Shown: positions 1 to 8,261, numbered from the stretch's first letter. The stretch is DNA of 64,000 bases from an uncultured Clostridium sp. (GCA_902493795.1 CABUQZ010000007.1:4401-68400); one strand, 5' to 3'. The notes: generated from the sequence alone by a model not told the origin. A program made the numbers and translations.

Positions 1-1
1 T

Positions 2-118
2 ATTGCTAAATTCTATGAAGGAAATGTTTGTTCAAAAGAAAATAACAAATGTGAAAAAACATGTTTTGCACAAACTGTAGAAGGAAAAATATACGACTTA
101 GCAGAATATATTGGATAA
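2..118 (+). CDS. C-terminal fragment of an unidentified protein (start lies upstream of the window)
   Basis: Frame is open from the window edge to TAA 116-118 (..IAKFYEGNVCSKENNKCEKTCFAQTVEGKIYDLAEYIG*). A hairpin terminator follows. Confidence 0.3.
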   Translation: MAKFYEGNVCSKENNKCEKTCFAQTVEGKIYDLAEYIG

Positions 119-120
119 TT

Positions 121-142
121 AAAGCACTTAATAGTGCTTTTT
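121..142 (+). terminator. Rho-independent terminator
   Basis: AAAGCACT-TAAT-AGTGCTTT hairpin followed by T residues. Confidence 0.6.
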
Positions 143-276
143 ACTTTGTTTACATTTTTACTTTTTAATAATTATTGCAATTTATATATCTATCTTTTAA
201 AATACAATTAGAAAAATATAATAAATAAACATTAATAATTTTTTATTTCAATTTTCCGTAAATTTCATAATATAAA

Positions 277-696
277 ATGGGTGGTAAATTGAATTTTGAA
301 ATAATTGATTCTAATAACTTTAAAGTAAAAATTAACTCATCAAATAAAATATTAAATGAGTTATCAAAAGAAGATAAGATAAAAAGAATAATGTTAGACT
401 TAAAGAAAAAATATTCTTTTAATATATATGGATTATATGAAGTTGATATATATAACGTAAATAATTTTGTAACAATTTTTATTTTTAAAAGAAAAGATGA
501 AGATGATTACTTATACAAAACTATAGAATTAAAGATTAATGAGCATAAATATGTACCCAAAATATCAGTAGATGATTTTGCGTTGTTGAAAAAATATAAT
601 AAAAACACAGGAGAAAACAACAAAATACTAAGTGATATAGTAAAAAAAGATGATATCTATAAACTATGTGAGCATTACACGATTGAACCTTTTTAA
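277..696 (+). CDS. hypothetical protein, 139 aa
   Basis: Complete ORF with ATG start in a gene-sized gap upstream of der. I recognise no motif. Confidence 0.5.
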   Translation: MGGKLNFEIIDSNNFKVKINSSNKILNELSKEDKIKRIMLDLKKKYSFNIYGLYEVDIYNVNNFVTIFIFKRKDEDDYLYKTIELKINEHKYVPKISVDDFALLKKYNKNTGENNKILSDIVKKDDIYKLCEHYTIEPF

Positions 697-749
697 TTTA
701 CTTTATAATAAATTTATGATATAATTTAGCAATGTTGTGGGGTGATAAC

Positions 750-2054
750 ATGAAAATACCAACAGTAGCACTAGTAGGAAGACCAAATGTAGGAAAAAGT
801 ACAATTTTTAATAAATTAGTCGGTGAAAAAATATCTATTATTGAGGATACTCCAGGAGTAACAAGAGATAGAATTTATAGTGAAGCAACATATAAAGATT
901 ACAAGTTTAATGTTATAGATACAGGTGGAATAGATGCTTCATTTGATAAGTTTAACGATGTAATAAGAATGCAAGCAGAAATTGCTATAGATGAATCAGA
1001 CTTAGTTCTTTTTGTTGTAGATGGAAAAGAAGGATTAACATCTAACGATTTATTAGTTAGAGATATGTTAAGAAATAGTGGAAAAAACGTTATTGTAGTA
1101 ATTAATAAAATAGATAATAAGAAAACTGAAGAAAATATTTATGATTTTTATGAGTTAGGATTTGATTCATATATTCCAGTTAGTGGTGAACATGGAATTG
1201 GATTTTACGAATTAAGAGATGAAATTGTTAAAAACTTTGAAAAGAAAGAGTATTATGCTGAAGATAAAAGATTAAAGTTTTCTGTTATCGGAAGACCAAA
1301 TGTAGGAAAAAGTAGTCTTATAAATGCTATGTTAAATGAAGAAAGAGTAATAGTAAGCGATGTAGCAGGAACAACAAGAGATGCTATTGATACAGTAATG
1401 AGATATAACGATGAAGAGTTTGTTGTGATCGATACAGCTGGTATGCGAAAAAAAGGAAAGGTCTATGAAAACATCGAAAAATATAGCTTACTTAGAAGTA
1501 TGAAAGCAATAGATAGATCTGATATTTGCTTACTTGTTATAAATGCTGAAGAAGGAATTATAGAACATGATAAACATATTGCAGGTTATGTTCTTGAAAA
1601 GGGTAAAGGACTTATAATAGTTGTTAACAAATGGGATACAGTAGAAAATAATGATATAAAAGAATATTTAAAGAAAGTAAGAAATGAATTTCAATTCTTA
1701 TCATATGTTCCAGTTGTATTTGTAAGTGCCTTAACTAAAAAAAGAATTCATACAATTATGCCAGAAGTATTAAAAGTAAGTGAAAACATAAAAAGGGAAA
1801 TACCTACAAATGTTTTAAATGACGTAATAAATGAAGCTTATACATTAAATATACCACCATCATATAAGGGAAAACGATTAAAAATTTATTTCACTAATCA
1901 ATCAGGAACTAAACCACCAAAATTTACTTTCCATGTAAATAATAAAGGTTTAGTACATTTCTCATACGAAAGATACTTAGAAAACAAATTAAGAGAAAAC
2001 TTTGAACTAGAAGGAACACCAATAATCATTCAGTTTAAGAACAGGAGTGAATAA
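750..2054 (+). CDS. der: ribosome-associated GTPase Der/EngA
   Basis: Two tandem G domains (GRPNVGKST..DTGG..NKID and GRPNVGKSS..DTAG..NKWD) plus a KH-like C-terminus. ATG 750 has a GGGGTGA SD 5 nt upstream, so the ORF-track start at 732 is probably too early. Confidence 0.95.
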   Translation: MKIPTVALVGRPNVGKSTIFNKLVGEKISIIEDTPGVTRDRIYSEATYKDYKFNVIDTGGIDASFDKFNDVIRMQAEIAIDESDLVLFVVDGKEGLTSNDLLVRDMLRNSGKNVIVVINKIDNKKTEENIYDFYELGFDSYIPVSGEHGIGFYELRDEIVKNFEKKEYYAEDKRLKFSVIGRPNVGKSSLINAMLNEERVIVSDVAGTTRDAIDTVMRYNDEEFVVIDTAGMRKKGKVYENIEKYSLLRSMKAIDRSDICLLVINAEEGIIEHDKHIAGYVLEKGKGLIIVVNKWDTVENNDIKEYLKKVRNEFQFLSYVPVVFVSALTKKRIHTIMPEVLKVSENIKREIPTNVLNDVINEAYTLNIPPSYKGKRLKIYFTNQSGTKPPKFTFHVNNKGLVHFSYERYLENKLRENFELEGTPIIIQFKNRSE

Positions 2055-2055
2055 A

Positions 2056-2250
2056 ATGATATTTAATACTGATTTAAATGCTCAAAGAAACAATACTTAC
2101 ATCTCATCAATAAAGAATTTAGAAAAAGCTAAAGAAATACTTGAACAAAAATTTGCTAAAAAAGAAATAAGCAATGAATATTATATTCAAAAATGTAGAG
2201 AAATAGATAATCAGATAAACAAATGTAAAACAAATATTGGACAAGAATAA
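2056..2250 (+). CDS. small helical protein (64 aa) with one SHOCT-like KKEISNEYY motif
   Basis: ATG 2056 follows AGGAG (2044-2048) and abuts the der stop. The motif resembles the repeat unit of the next gene (KKISVEYYNKYL). Confidence 0.45.
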   Translation: MIFNTDLNAQRNNTYISSIKNLEKAKEILEQKFAKKEISNEYYIQKCREIDNQINKCKTNIGQE

Positions 2251-2272
2251 AACATCATTATGATGTTTTTTT
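2249..2272 (+). terminator. Rho-independent terminator
   Basis: AAAACATC-ATTAT-GATGTTTT hairpin followed by a T-run. Confidence 0.6.
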
Positions 2273-2339
2273 ACTTTGCTATTTTATAGATATAAAGGTA
2301 TAATTATCTTAGTAATAGTAGATCACTAGGAGGAATTAT

Positions 2340-4172
2340 ATGTCTAAAATAAAAGTAAATTATCAAAATGCTCAGACAACAGTTAATAGTGTAAAAACAT
2401 CAAATGATAACCTTAATGCTTTCTTTTCAAGCACTAGTGGTGATACTAAAAATATTAGTGATTTGATAAGCGGATTAAATATTACTTACTTTGATGGTAT
2501 GCACGATTATGTTGATAAAATGGTTACAAAAACTTCGGATTATTTAAAAGGAGCACAATATTATATTGATGGAATATCAGGAATGAATACTGATAAGCCT
2601 GGTGATTATGATGGTCCTACCTATGGTGGTAATTCAGATACTACGGCAACAGGAACTCAAGGTGATGGTGGGGCAGGAACTGTAGATACAGATGGTAAAA
2701 AAACTGAAATGCAAAGTGGAACTATGACTGGGGATTCACGAGATAGTGCTGTAAAGTCTTTACTTCAAGCTCAATTTGAAAATGGTAAAATGACTCAATC
2801 TACATATGATAGTGCTGTTGCAGCCGTAAATAATATTAATGGACAACTAGCAAATGGTAAGATGGGAGAAGATACATACGCAAGTGCAATTGCTACCATA
2901 AACAATATTACGAATCAACTAGCAAATGGTAAGATGGGAGAAGATACATACGCAAGTGCAATTGCTACCATAAACAACATTACAAATCAACTAGCAAATG
3001 GTAAGATGGGAGAAGACACATATGCAAGTGCAATTGCTACCATAAACAATATTACAAATCAACTAGCAAATGGTAAAATGGGAGAAGACACATATGCAAG
3101 TGTTATTGATACAATAAACAATATTACAAATCAATTAGCAAGTGGTAAAATGAGTGAAGAAACATACGGAAGTGTCATATCGCTAATAAATGACGTTACA
3201 AATCAACTCGCTAGTGGAAAAATGACTGAAGAAGCATACAAGAATGTTGTTTCATTGATAAATGAGATTACTTCACTTTTAGAAGAAGGAAAACTTACAG
3301 AAGAAGCTTATAAAAAAGTAGTAAAATTAGTAACAGATATTACTAAATTATTAGAAGCAGAAAAAATATCATTAGAAACTTATGAAAAAGTTGTTAACTT
3401 GGTAAGAAATCTATCTACATTATTAAAAGAAGGAAAAATATCATTAGAAACTTATGAAAAAGTTGTAGATTTACTTAATAACGTTACAGGGCTATTGTCT
3501 AATGGTACAATAGGTGAAATAACTTATGAAAAATTAATTTCAAGTATTAATAATGTCACAGAATTATTAAAAGCAGGATTAATTGATGAAGCAACATACA
3601 ATAGGACAATAGATATGATAAATTCTATGACGCAATTATTGCAAGAAGGAAAAATTGATGAAGCTACTTACGGAAAAATAATGGAATCTTTAAACAATGT
3701 CTCAAATGCTTTTGTAGATAAAAAAATATCTGTAGAATACTATAATAAATACCTAGATACACTTATAGAGTCAAATCAAGAATTCCTTGATGAAACTTGT
3801 ACTAAAGAAGAATTCGCTAGGAAAATGGACACTCAAAATAAAATTTATAGTCTTTTGGGTAATGAAGAGATACCTGAACAATTTACAAAAAATAATGTTT
3901 CTATAATGGATTTATCAGAAAAATTAGCTAACGAGAACAAGATAGGAAAAGAATTATCAACAAAAATAAATGAAACTTTAGGAAATGCTTCAACAGCATT
4001 ATTAAATGAAACTTTAACTGCAGAAGGATTTGGAACAATACAGGTCGAATTATATAATGGATTAACAAAAGGTGAATCATTTGATAATTTGAGAAGTTAT
4101 ATGGATTCCTTAGATAAATTATTTAAAACGGAAGGAAATAATAAATATGAAGTTGGTGAAACAAGCGAATAA
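2340..4172 (+). CDS. 610-aa modular protein with four parts: a WXG/LXG-like N-terminal helical region, a Gly/Thr/Asp-rich linker, about 14 tandem 24-aa SHOCT-like repeats, and a unique C-terminal region
   Basis: Strong SD (AGGAGG) 7 nt before the ATG. The N-terminus MSKIKVNYQNAQ resembles WXG100-type starts. The repeat unit is G-K-(M/I/L)-x-x-E-(T/A)-Y-x-x-(V/I)-(I/V)-x-x-(I/V)-N-x-(I/V)-T-x-(L)-L-x-x. Confidence 0.7.
   Translation: MSKIKVNYQNAQTTVNSVKTSNDNLNAFFSSTSGDTKNISDLISGLNITYFDGMHDYVDKMVTKTSDYLKGAQYYIDGISGMNTDKPGDYDGPTYGGNSDTTATGTQGDGGAGTVDTDGKKTEMQSGTMTGDSRDSAVKSLLQAQFENGKMTQSTYDSAVAAVNNINGQLANGKMGEDTYASAIATINNITNQLANGKMGEDTYASAIATINNITNQLANGKMGEDTYASAIATINNITNQLANGKMGEDTYASVIDTINNITNQLASGKMSEETYGSVISLINDVTNQLASGKMTEEAYKNVVSLINEITSLLEEGKLTEEAYKKVVKLVTDITKLLEAEKISLETYEKVVNLVRNLSTLLKEGKISLETYEKVVDLLNNVTGLLSNGTIGEITYEKLISSINNVTELLKAGLIDEATYNRTIDMINSMTQLLQEGKIDEATYGKIMESLNNVSNAFVDKKISVEYYNKYLDTLIESNQEFLDETCTKEEFARKMDTQNKIYSLLGNEEIPEQFTKNNVSIMDLSEKLANENKIGKELSTKINETLGNASTALLNETLTAEGFGTIQVELYNGLTKGESFDNLRSYMDSLDKLFKTEGNNKYEVGETSE
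2778..3791 (+). repeat. In-frame 72-bp (24-aa) tandem repeat array, about 14 units
   Basis: Unit starts at 2844, 2916, 2988 and 3060 are almost identical at the DNA level (CAACTAGCAAATGGTAAGATGGGAGAAGA(T/C)ACATA(C/T)GCAAGTGCAATTGCTACCATAAACAA(T/C)ATTAC(G/A)AAT). Later units keep the period but diverge. Confidence 0.9.
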
Positions 4173-4252
4173 TTATCAACATAGTAGTTATCACCACTTG
4201 TTGTCAATAGACAATAAAATCCGATAATTATTGTAAAGCGTTGTTAAGTTTG

Positions 4253-4282
4253 TTGACAATAAATGAATGTAAATAATATAAT
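4253..4282 (+). promoter_or_regulatory. sigma-A-type promoter for the small-protein operon
   Basis: TTGACA (4253-4258), 18-nt spacer, TATAAT (4277-4282), about 25 nt before the ATG at 4308. Confidence 0.5.
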
Positions 4283-4307
4283 TAAATTAAAGTAATAGGA
4301 GGATTAT

Positions 4308-4676
4308 ATGACATATAATACTAAGATAAATTATAAAGTTTTTTACAACTTCGAAGAAGTAGCAGCTGGTGGAAGTGGTGGAGAATGGGAACTTTCTATT
4401 GATCCTGATGGACTTGAGGCTGCAGCAAAAGAATACACAGACGCAGCATCAGCATATGGTTCAGCATTAAATGAGCTTAAAAAAACCTTAGACAGCGCCT
4501 TAAATATATGGGATGATAAATCGAAAGATACTTGGACACAGAAGGTAAAAGATGCTAGAGATAATTTGCAAGCAGTATGTGATGCAATGGATTTAAATAG
4601 TAAAATACTAAAAGAAATTTCTGATGCGGCTTCTGCAACAGAAAGTAGCGTTTCTACAGGAATTAGTAATATTTAA
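4308..4676 (+). CDS. WXG100-like small helical protein, type A (pair 1)
   Basis: 122 aa. AGGAGG SD. It shares KI(N/K)YK-F---EE, a (I/V)D-D-L block and a central W-D-(D/N)...(W/F)--K turn with the ORF at 5208. Confidence 0.5.
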   Translation: MTYNTKINYKVFYNFEEVAAGGSGGEWELSIDPDGLEAAAKEYTDAASAYGSALNELKKTLDSALNIWDDKSKDTWTQKVKDARDNLQAVCDAMDLNSKILKEISDAASATESSVSTGISNI

Positions 4677-4691
4677 TAGGAGGAAAAGACT

Positions 4692-5108
4692 ATGGCAATG
4701 AAAGTAAGATATACAGAACTAGGAAGATATGGAGCTAAAATAGGAGTAGATTTGGAAAATTTAACAACTGCCTTAGAGAAAGCAAAAAGTGCTGGAGAAA
4801 ATGCTATTGCAGCAGGTGGAGGAGCAGGAACTGGAGTTGGAAGTGCAATTCAAAGTTCAATTGCAAGCTTTCCTGTAGACCAACATGGTAACGCAGTAAA
4901 AGTAATAGGTGAATTGCAAGCAGCGTTAGAAGGGGTTTCTAAAACTTATGGTCAAGCAGATTCTGATTTGATTAGTCAAATTAATGCAATAAAAGCAAAA
5001 GCTGATGCTTTAGTAGCTGCTCAAAACGGTGGTGGAGGTGCTACATCAAGTGGTACTTTAGGTGGCAGTGCGTCTGTTTCTAGTAACTTTACAAAAGCAG
5101 CATATTAA
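4692..5108 (+). CDS. WXG100-like small helical protein, type B (pair 1)
   Basis: 138 aa. Start MAMKVRYTEL resembles EsxA/YukE-type starts (MA--I-V-pEEL). C-terminal YGQADSDLISQINAIKAKA is shared with the ORF at 5588 and contains YxxxD. The tail is Gly-rich. Confidence 0.5.
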   Translation: MAMKVRYTELGRYGAKIGVDLENLTTALEKAKSAGENAIAAGGGAGTGVGSAIQSSIASFPVDQHGNAVKVIGELQAALEGVSKTYGQADSDLISQINAIKAKADALVAAQNGGGGATSSGTLGGSASVSSNFTKAAY

Positions 5109-5162
5109 CAACCACTTTTTAAAATTCTAATATCAAAGCTTAATTAACAAAGTTATATCAAA

Positions 5163-5193
5163 AAAGCACATAACAGAAATATGTGTCTTTTTA
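5163..5193 (+). terminator. Intra-cluster hairpin plus T-run (possible attenuator between pair 1 and pair 2)
   Basis: AGCACATA-ACAGAAA-TATGTGTCT followed by TTTTT. It covers the ORF-track start at 5181, which argues for the ATG at 5208. Confidence 0.4.
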
Positions 5194-5207
5194 AAATAGG
5201 AGGAGTT

Positions 5208-5585
5208 ATGTTCTCTTTAAATAATAAAATTAAATATAAAGAGTTTCATCATGTTGAAGAACCTATTATGTCAGATGGAAGTTCCGATAGTAGCAGTATT
5301 TTGAATGTCGATACTGATATGCTTGCAACCTATGGAACATATCTTAAAAATCTTAAGACAACACTTGATAATTCACTTGATAGTCTAGAAACTCAAATGG
5401 CATTAATTACAGAAGGATGGTCTGATAATGATGGTGCTGCCTTTCAAACAAAATTTTCAAGTTTTGTTAAAGAATCTAAAAAAATATCTGATGAAATGAG
5501 TGGACTTGGACAATATGCAACAACAGAAGCTTCAAAATATGATACCATCTTAGAAGAAAGCGTCAGAATGATGGGTGAGGATTAA
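5208..5585 (+). CDS. WXG100-like small helical protein, type A (pair 2)
   Basis: ATG 5208 lies behind AGGAGG. It is a paralog of the ORF at 4308 (KIKYKEFHHVEE; LNVDTDML). The central EGWSDNDGAAFQTKF resembles the W-x-G..F turn. Confidence 0.5.
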   Translation: MFSLNNKIKYKEFHHVEEPIMSDGSSDSSSILNVDTDMLATYGTYLKNLKTTLDNSLDSLETQMALITEGWSDNDGAAFQTKFSSFVKESKKISDEMSGLGQYATTEASKYDTILEESVRMMGED

Positions 5586-5587
5586 AT

Positions 5588-5917
5588 ATGGCAAATATTT
5601 CAGTTAGTTCAAGTAAAGTGAAAGCAACTTTAGCAACAATAGATACAACATATCAAGCTTTAGAAACGACTCTAAAAGAAATGGAAAAATCCAAAGATAA
5701 GCTTTCACAGTTTTGGAGTGCTAAAGAGGCTACAGCTTTTTGCGTCAAACTATCTCAGTTGTCAACGCACGTACAATCTTTCAAAGATAAATATAATTCT
5801 TTTGTTGCATTTATAAACGATGTGCTTGATACATATAGTACATCTAATACAGACTTAATATCGACAATTAATTCAATTACAGCAAAAGCTAAATCTGAAG
5901 AAACTAGTACTCAATAA
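5588..5917 (+). CDS. WXG100-like small helical protein, type B (pair 2)
   Basis: 109 aa, starting 2 nt after the previous stop. Central QFWSAKEATAF at residue ~43 resembles EsxA NWEGQAFSRF. C-terminal YSTSNTDLISTINSITAKA is paralogous to the ORF at 4692. Confidence 0.55.
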   Translation: MANISVSSSKVKATLATIDTTYQALETTLKEMEKSKDKLSQFWSAKEATAFCVKLSQLSTHVQSFKDKYNSFVAFINDVLDTYSTSNTDLISTINSITAKAKSEETSTQ

Positions 5918-5927
5918 TTTGTAAATT

Positions 5928-5963
5928 ATGAATAAGAAAAATTAATTCTTATTCATTTTATTT
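5928..5963 (+). terminator. Rho-independent terminator
   Basis: Perfect 11-bp stem ATGAATAAGAA / TTCTTATTCAT followed by TTTTATTT. Confidence 0.75.
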
Positions 5964-5990
5964 GACATAAGAAATAAAAAAAGATAAAAT
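5962..5990 (+). promoter_or_regulatory. sigma-A-type promoter
   Basis: TTGACA, 17-nt spacer, TAAAAT, immediately after the terminator and upstream of the 464-aa gene. Confidence 0.5.
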
Positions 5991-6028
5991 CAACTTATAA
6001 ATAATAGAAAAAACTATTGGAGAATAAT

Positions 6029-7423
6029 ATGGCCACAGAATCTGAAATTAAAAATTATAGTACATTATTATCTGATACAAAAATACAAGGATTAAAGAAT
6101 GTTAAACAAACATATGTTAATCAAATTTCCCAAGCAAAAACAGATTTGGACAAAGCCGATTTTACAGATTGGGATGATTCAGTATCAACTAAATTTAAAA
6201 ACCATTATGATGCTTTAAAAACAAATTATTCAACAATTGCAACCGATGTAGGAGATGGATCAAATTTAGATACCCTTATTACATTAGTTAGTGGACTAAA
6301 AACGAAGTGTGATGAATATTTAAATTATCTCAATGAATACAATTCGATTTCAACAGGTGTCTATTTTTCTGATGAAAAATTGAAAAAAGAATATAATGAT
6401 TATAAAAATGGTACAAAAAAATATAAAGACTTGTCACAGAGTGTTAAAAATGCAATAAATAATAACAACAGTAAATTAAAAAGAAAAGAAACATTGGAAG
6501 GATTAATGGATTCTTGTTCTTCAACAATAGATACAACTTTATCTAATATTAAATCAATTACTTTTAATGCATCAAGTGAACAAACAGCAGGTATCCAAAC
6601 GGACTTCACTGAAGAAACAGTTCCACAAGACAATGGGCACTTAACATCTGAACAGGTAAAAGGACAATATCAAAGTAGTAAACAAAAACTTGATGACTTG
6701 CTTGCAACACTAAATTCAATAGATTTAAATTCACCAGATGCTTTTGAGAAAATAAATGCATTATATCCAGAAATTATAAATGTATTTCGTGAGTATTCTG
6801 ATGCATTATTTTTAATGTACTTAAAAGGAGAGGTATCATATAATGAGTATGTAACTTTATCTAACACAGAGAATATGACAATTGTTGAAGGTATGCAAAA
6901 TAAAAATGCTTATAGGTTACTAGAAACTTATTCAAATTCACAAAATCAAGATAGTTTGAATTCTTGGTATAATCAAAATGATGAATATAGGACTTTTGCA
7001 GAGCGATTCAACAATAAAGGTTGTTCAAGCCAAGAATTTTTGCAAAATGTTCCACCATTGAGTGCTTTGAGTCAAGAAGGAGCTATTCTTGATTATAATA
7101 GTGTGGAATCCGCTTCTCAGTATGCTGTTGCTTCTTTAGTAGAACTTCTAGAGAATGGTTATACTGGTGACGTAGATTTAATAGCAGATAATTCAACTAA
7201 CGACACCTTTTATAGTTTTAACAATAAAGCAGGAGACACATGGTTGTGGTCAGGTTTTATGGATAGCGCAAAATATATAAACAATACATATGTTGACCAC
7301 TATTACAATAATGGTGGAGCTTTTAATGGTAACAATAATACAACTACACAGGAAGGTGGATCAGGAACACATACATCACAAAGTGGCGAAGTACACGGTG
7401 GTGGAGTTGGTAGAGAATATTAA
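6029..7423 (+). CDS. 464-aa protein with a WXG/LXG-like N-terminal helical domain and a Gly-rich C-terminal tail (candidate secreted effector)
   Basis: ATG 6029 lies 7 nt after GGAG. The N-terminal region has FTDWDDSVSTKFKNHY (W-D-D..F turn, as in the type A proteins). The protein ends ..QEGGSGTHTSQSGEVHGGGVGREY. I recognise no enzymatic motif. Confidence 0.45.
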   Translation: MATESEIKNYSTLLSDTKIQGLKNVKQTYVNQISQAKTDLDKADFTDWDDSVSTKFKNHYDALKTNYSTIATDVGDGSNLDTLITLVSGLKTKCDEYLNYLNEYNSISTGVYFSDEKLKKEYNDYKNGTKKYKDLSQSVKNAINNNNSKLKRKETLEGLMDSCSSTIDTTLSNIKSITFNASSEQTAGIQTDFTEETVPQDNGHLTSEQVKGQYQSSKQKLDDLLATLNSIDLNSPDAFEKINALYPEIINVFREYSDALFLMYLKGEVSYNEYVTLSNTENMTIVEGMQNKNAYRLLETYSNSQNQDSLNSWYNQNDEYRTFAERFNNKGCSSQEFLQNVPPLSALSQEGAILDYNSVESASQYAVASLVELLENGYTGDVDLIADNSTNDTFYSFNNKAGDTWLWSGFMDSAKYINNTYVDHYYNNGGAFNGNNNTTTQEGGSGTHTSQSGEVHGGGVGREY

Positions 7424-7533
7424 CTAATATTAAAGTGAAATAAAAATTAAAGTACATAGAAAATACTATAATAATAAATTATTTACTTATACATAAATAG
7501 GAGAATAAACAAATCAAAATAGGGGGAATTAAT

Positions 7534-7830
7534 ATGGCACTACAAATAACAAATATAGAGGATTTAAAAAGTTCTCAAGCGTGTATTCTTGAAGCAAAAA
7601 CATCTTATGATGAAATATTAACAAAGTTAAGAAATGCTGTTGTAGATACAGAAAACTACTGGAATGATACAGACTCTTATCAATATAGAGAAAAACTATT
7701 AAATTTAATTGACAATGAATTATCTAATGTGTCAAATGAATTAGAATTCGAGTCATCATTTTTAAAGAAAACTTATTTAACACTTGAAGATGCTAAAACT
7801 CAAGTAAAAAACAGGTTAAATGGTGAGTAG
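7534..7830 (+). CDS. WXG100-like small helical protein, type B (pair 3)
   Basis: 98 aa. GGGGGA SD. Start is MALQITNIEDL. W (ENYWNDTDSYQY) lies near the middle of a predicted helix-turn-helix. Confidence 0.45.
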   Translation: MALQITNIEDLKSSQACILEAKTSYDEILTKLRNAVVDTENYWNDTDSYQYREKLLNLIDNELSNVSNELEFESSFLKKTYLTLEDAKTQVKNRLNGE

Positions 7831-7841
7831 GAGAAAAAAAT

Positions 7842-8219
7842 ATGAATGAAAATAAAATTGTATCAAATAATTCACTAGATGTAGATCCAGATAAATTACA
7901 AAACTTAGTTAATATAATAAATAAAAGTGTTACAGATTTAAGAAATGCTAAAAGTAAAGCAGATGAAGCATGGACAAGGTGTGAATCATCCTTAGGAGCA
8001 ACATTTACAAAAACAATCAATGAAAGAAAAATTAAAACAAATGACTCATTCAATAATGCTTTAAGTGAACTAGAAAATAGTGCAAATGTCTTGAATAGTG
8101 TAACAAGTATTTGGAAGGAAACAGAGTCTGAGATTTTAAGATCTTCTAATTCGATAGATGACTATATCTTAAATGTTAGCAATAAAATAGCATCAACATT
8201 TAATAATTTAAAAAAATAA
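7842..8219 (+). CDS. WXG100-like small helical protein, type A-like (pair 3)
   Basis: 125 aa. LDVDPDKLQNL matches the (I/V)D-D-L block of the ORFs at 4308 and 5208. A central ADEAW turn is present. Confidence 0.4.
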   Translation: MNENKIVSNNSLDVDPDKLQNLVNIINKSVTDLRNAKSKADEAWTRCESSLGATFTKTINERKIKTNDSFNNALSELENSANVLNSVTSIWKETESEILRSSNSIDDYILNVSNKIASTFNNLKK

Positions 8220-8227
8220 CAAAAATT

Positions 8228-8257
8228 AACCTCTTACATATAATTATGTAGGAGGTT
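8228..8257 (+). promoter_or_regulatory. Hairpin whose 3' arm contains the SD of the spoVIF-like gene
   Basis: AACCTCTTAC-(10 nt)-GTAGGAGGTT, a 10-bp stem with one G-U pair, followed by TTTTAAATG (start at 8262). Confidence 0.5.
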
Positions 8258-8261
8258 TTAA

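Noticed and set aside
2844-3131. Possible CRISPR-like array, because of the regular 72-bp repeats
   Set aside because: The repeats are contiguous, with no spacers. They are in-frame within a long ORF and encode a conserved 24-aa unit. No cas genes are nearby.
5181-5207. ORF-track start at 5181 (MCLFKIGGV...) for the pair-2 type A protein
   Set aside because: That ATG lies inside the terminator-like hairpin and has no SD. ATG 5208 sits at the correct distance from AGGAGG and aligns with the paralog at 4308.
2340-8219. Calling this a complete type VII secretion locus
   Set aside because: No EssC-like FtsK/SpoIIIE ATPase, EsaA, EssA/B or YukD-like gene is present in the 64 kb. Only candidate substrates are visible.
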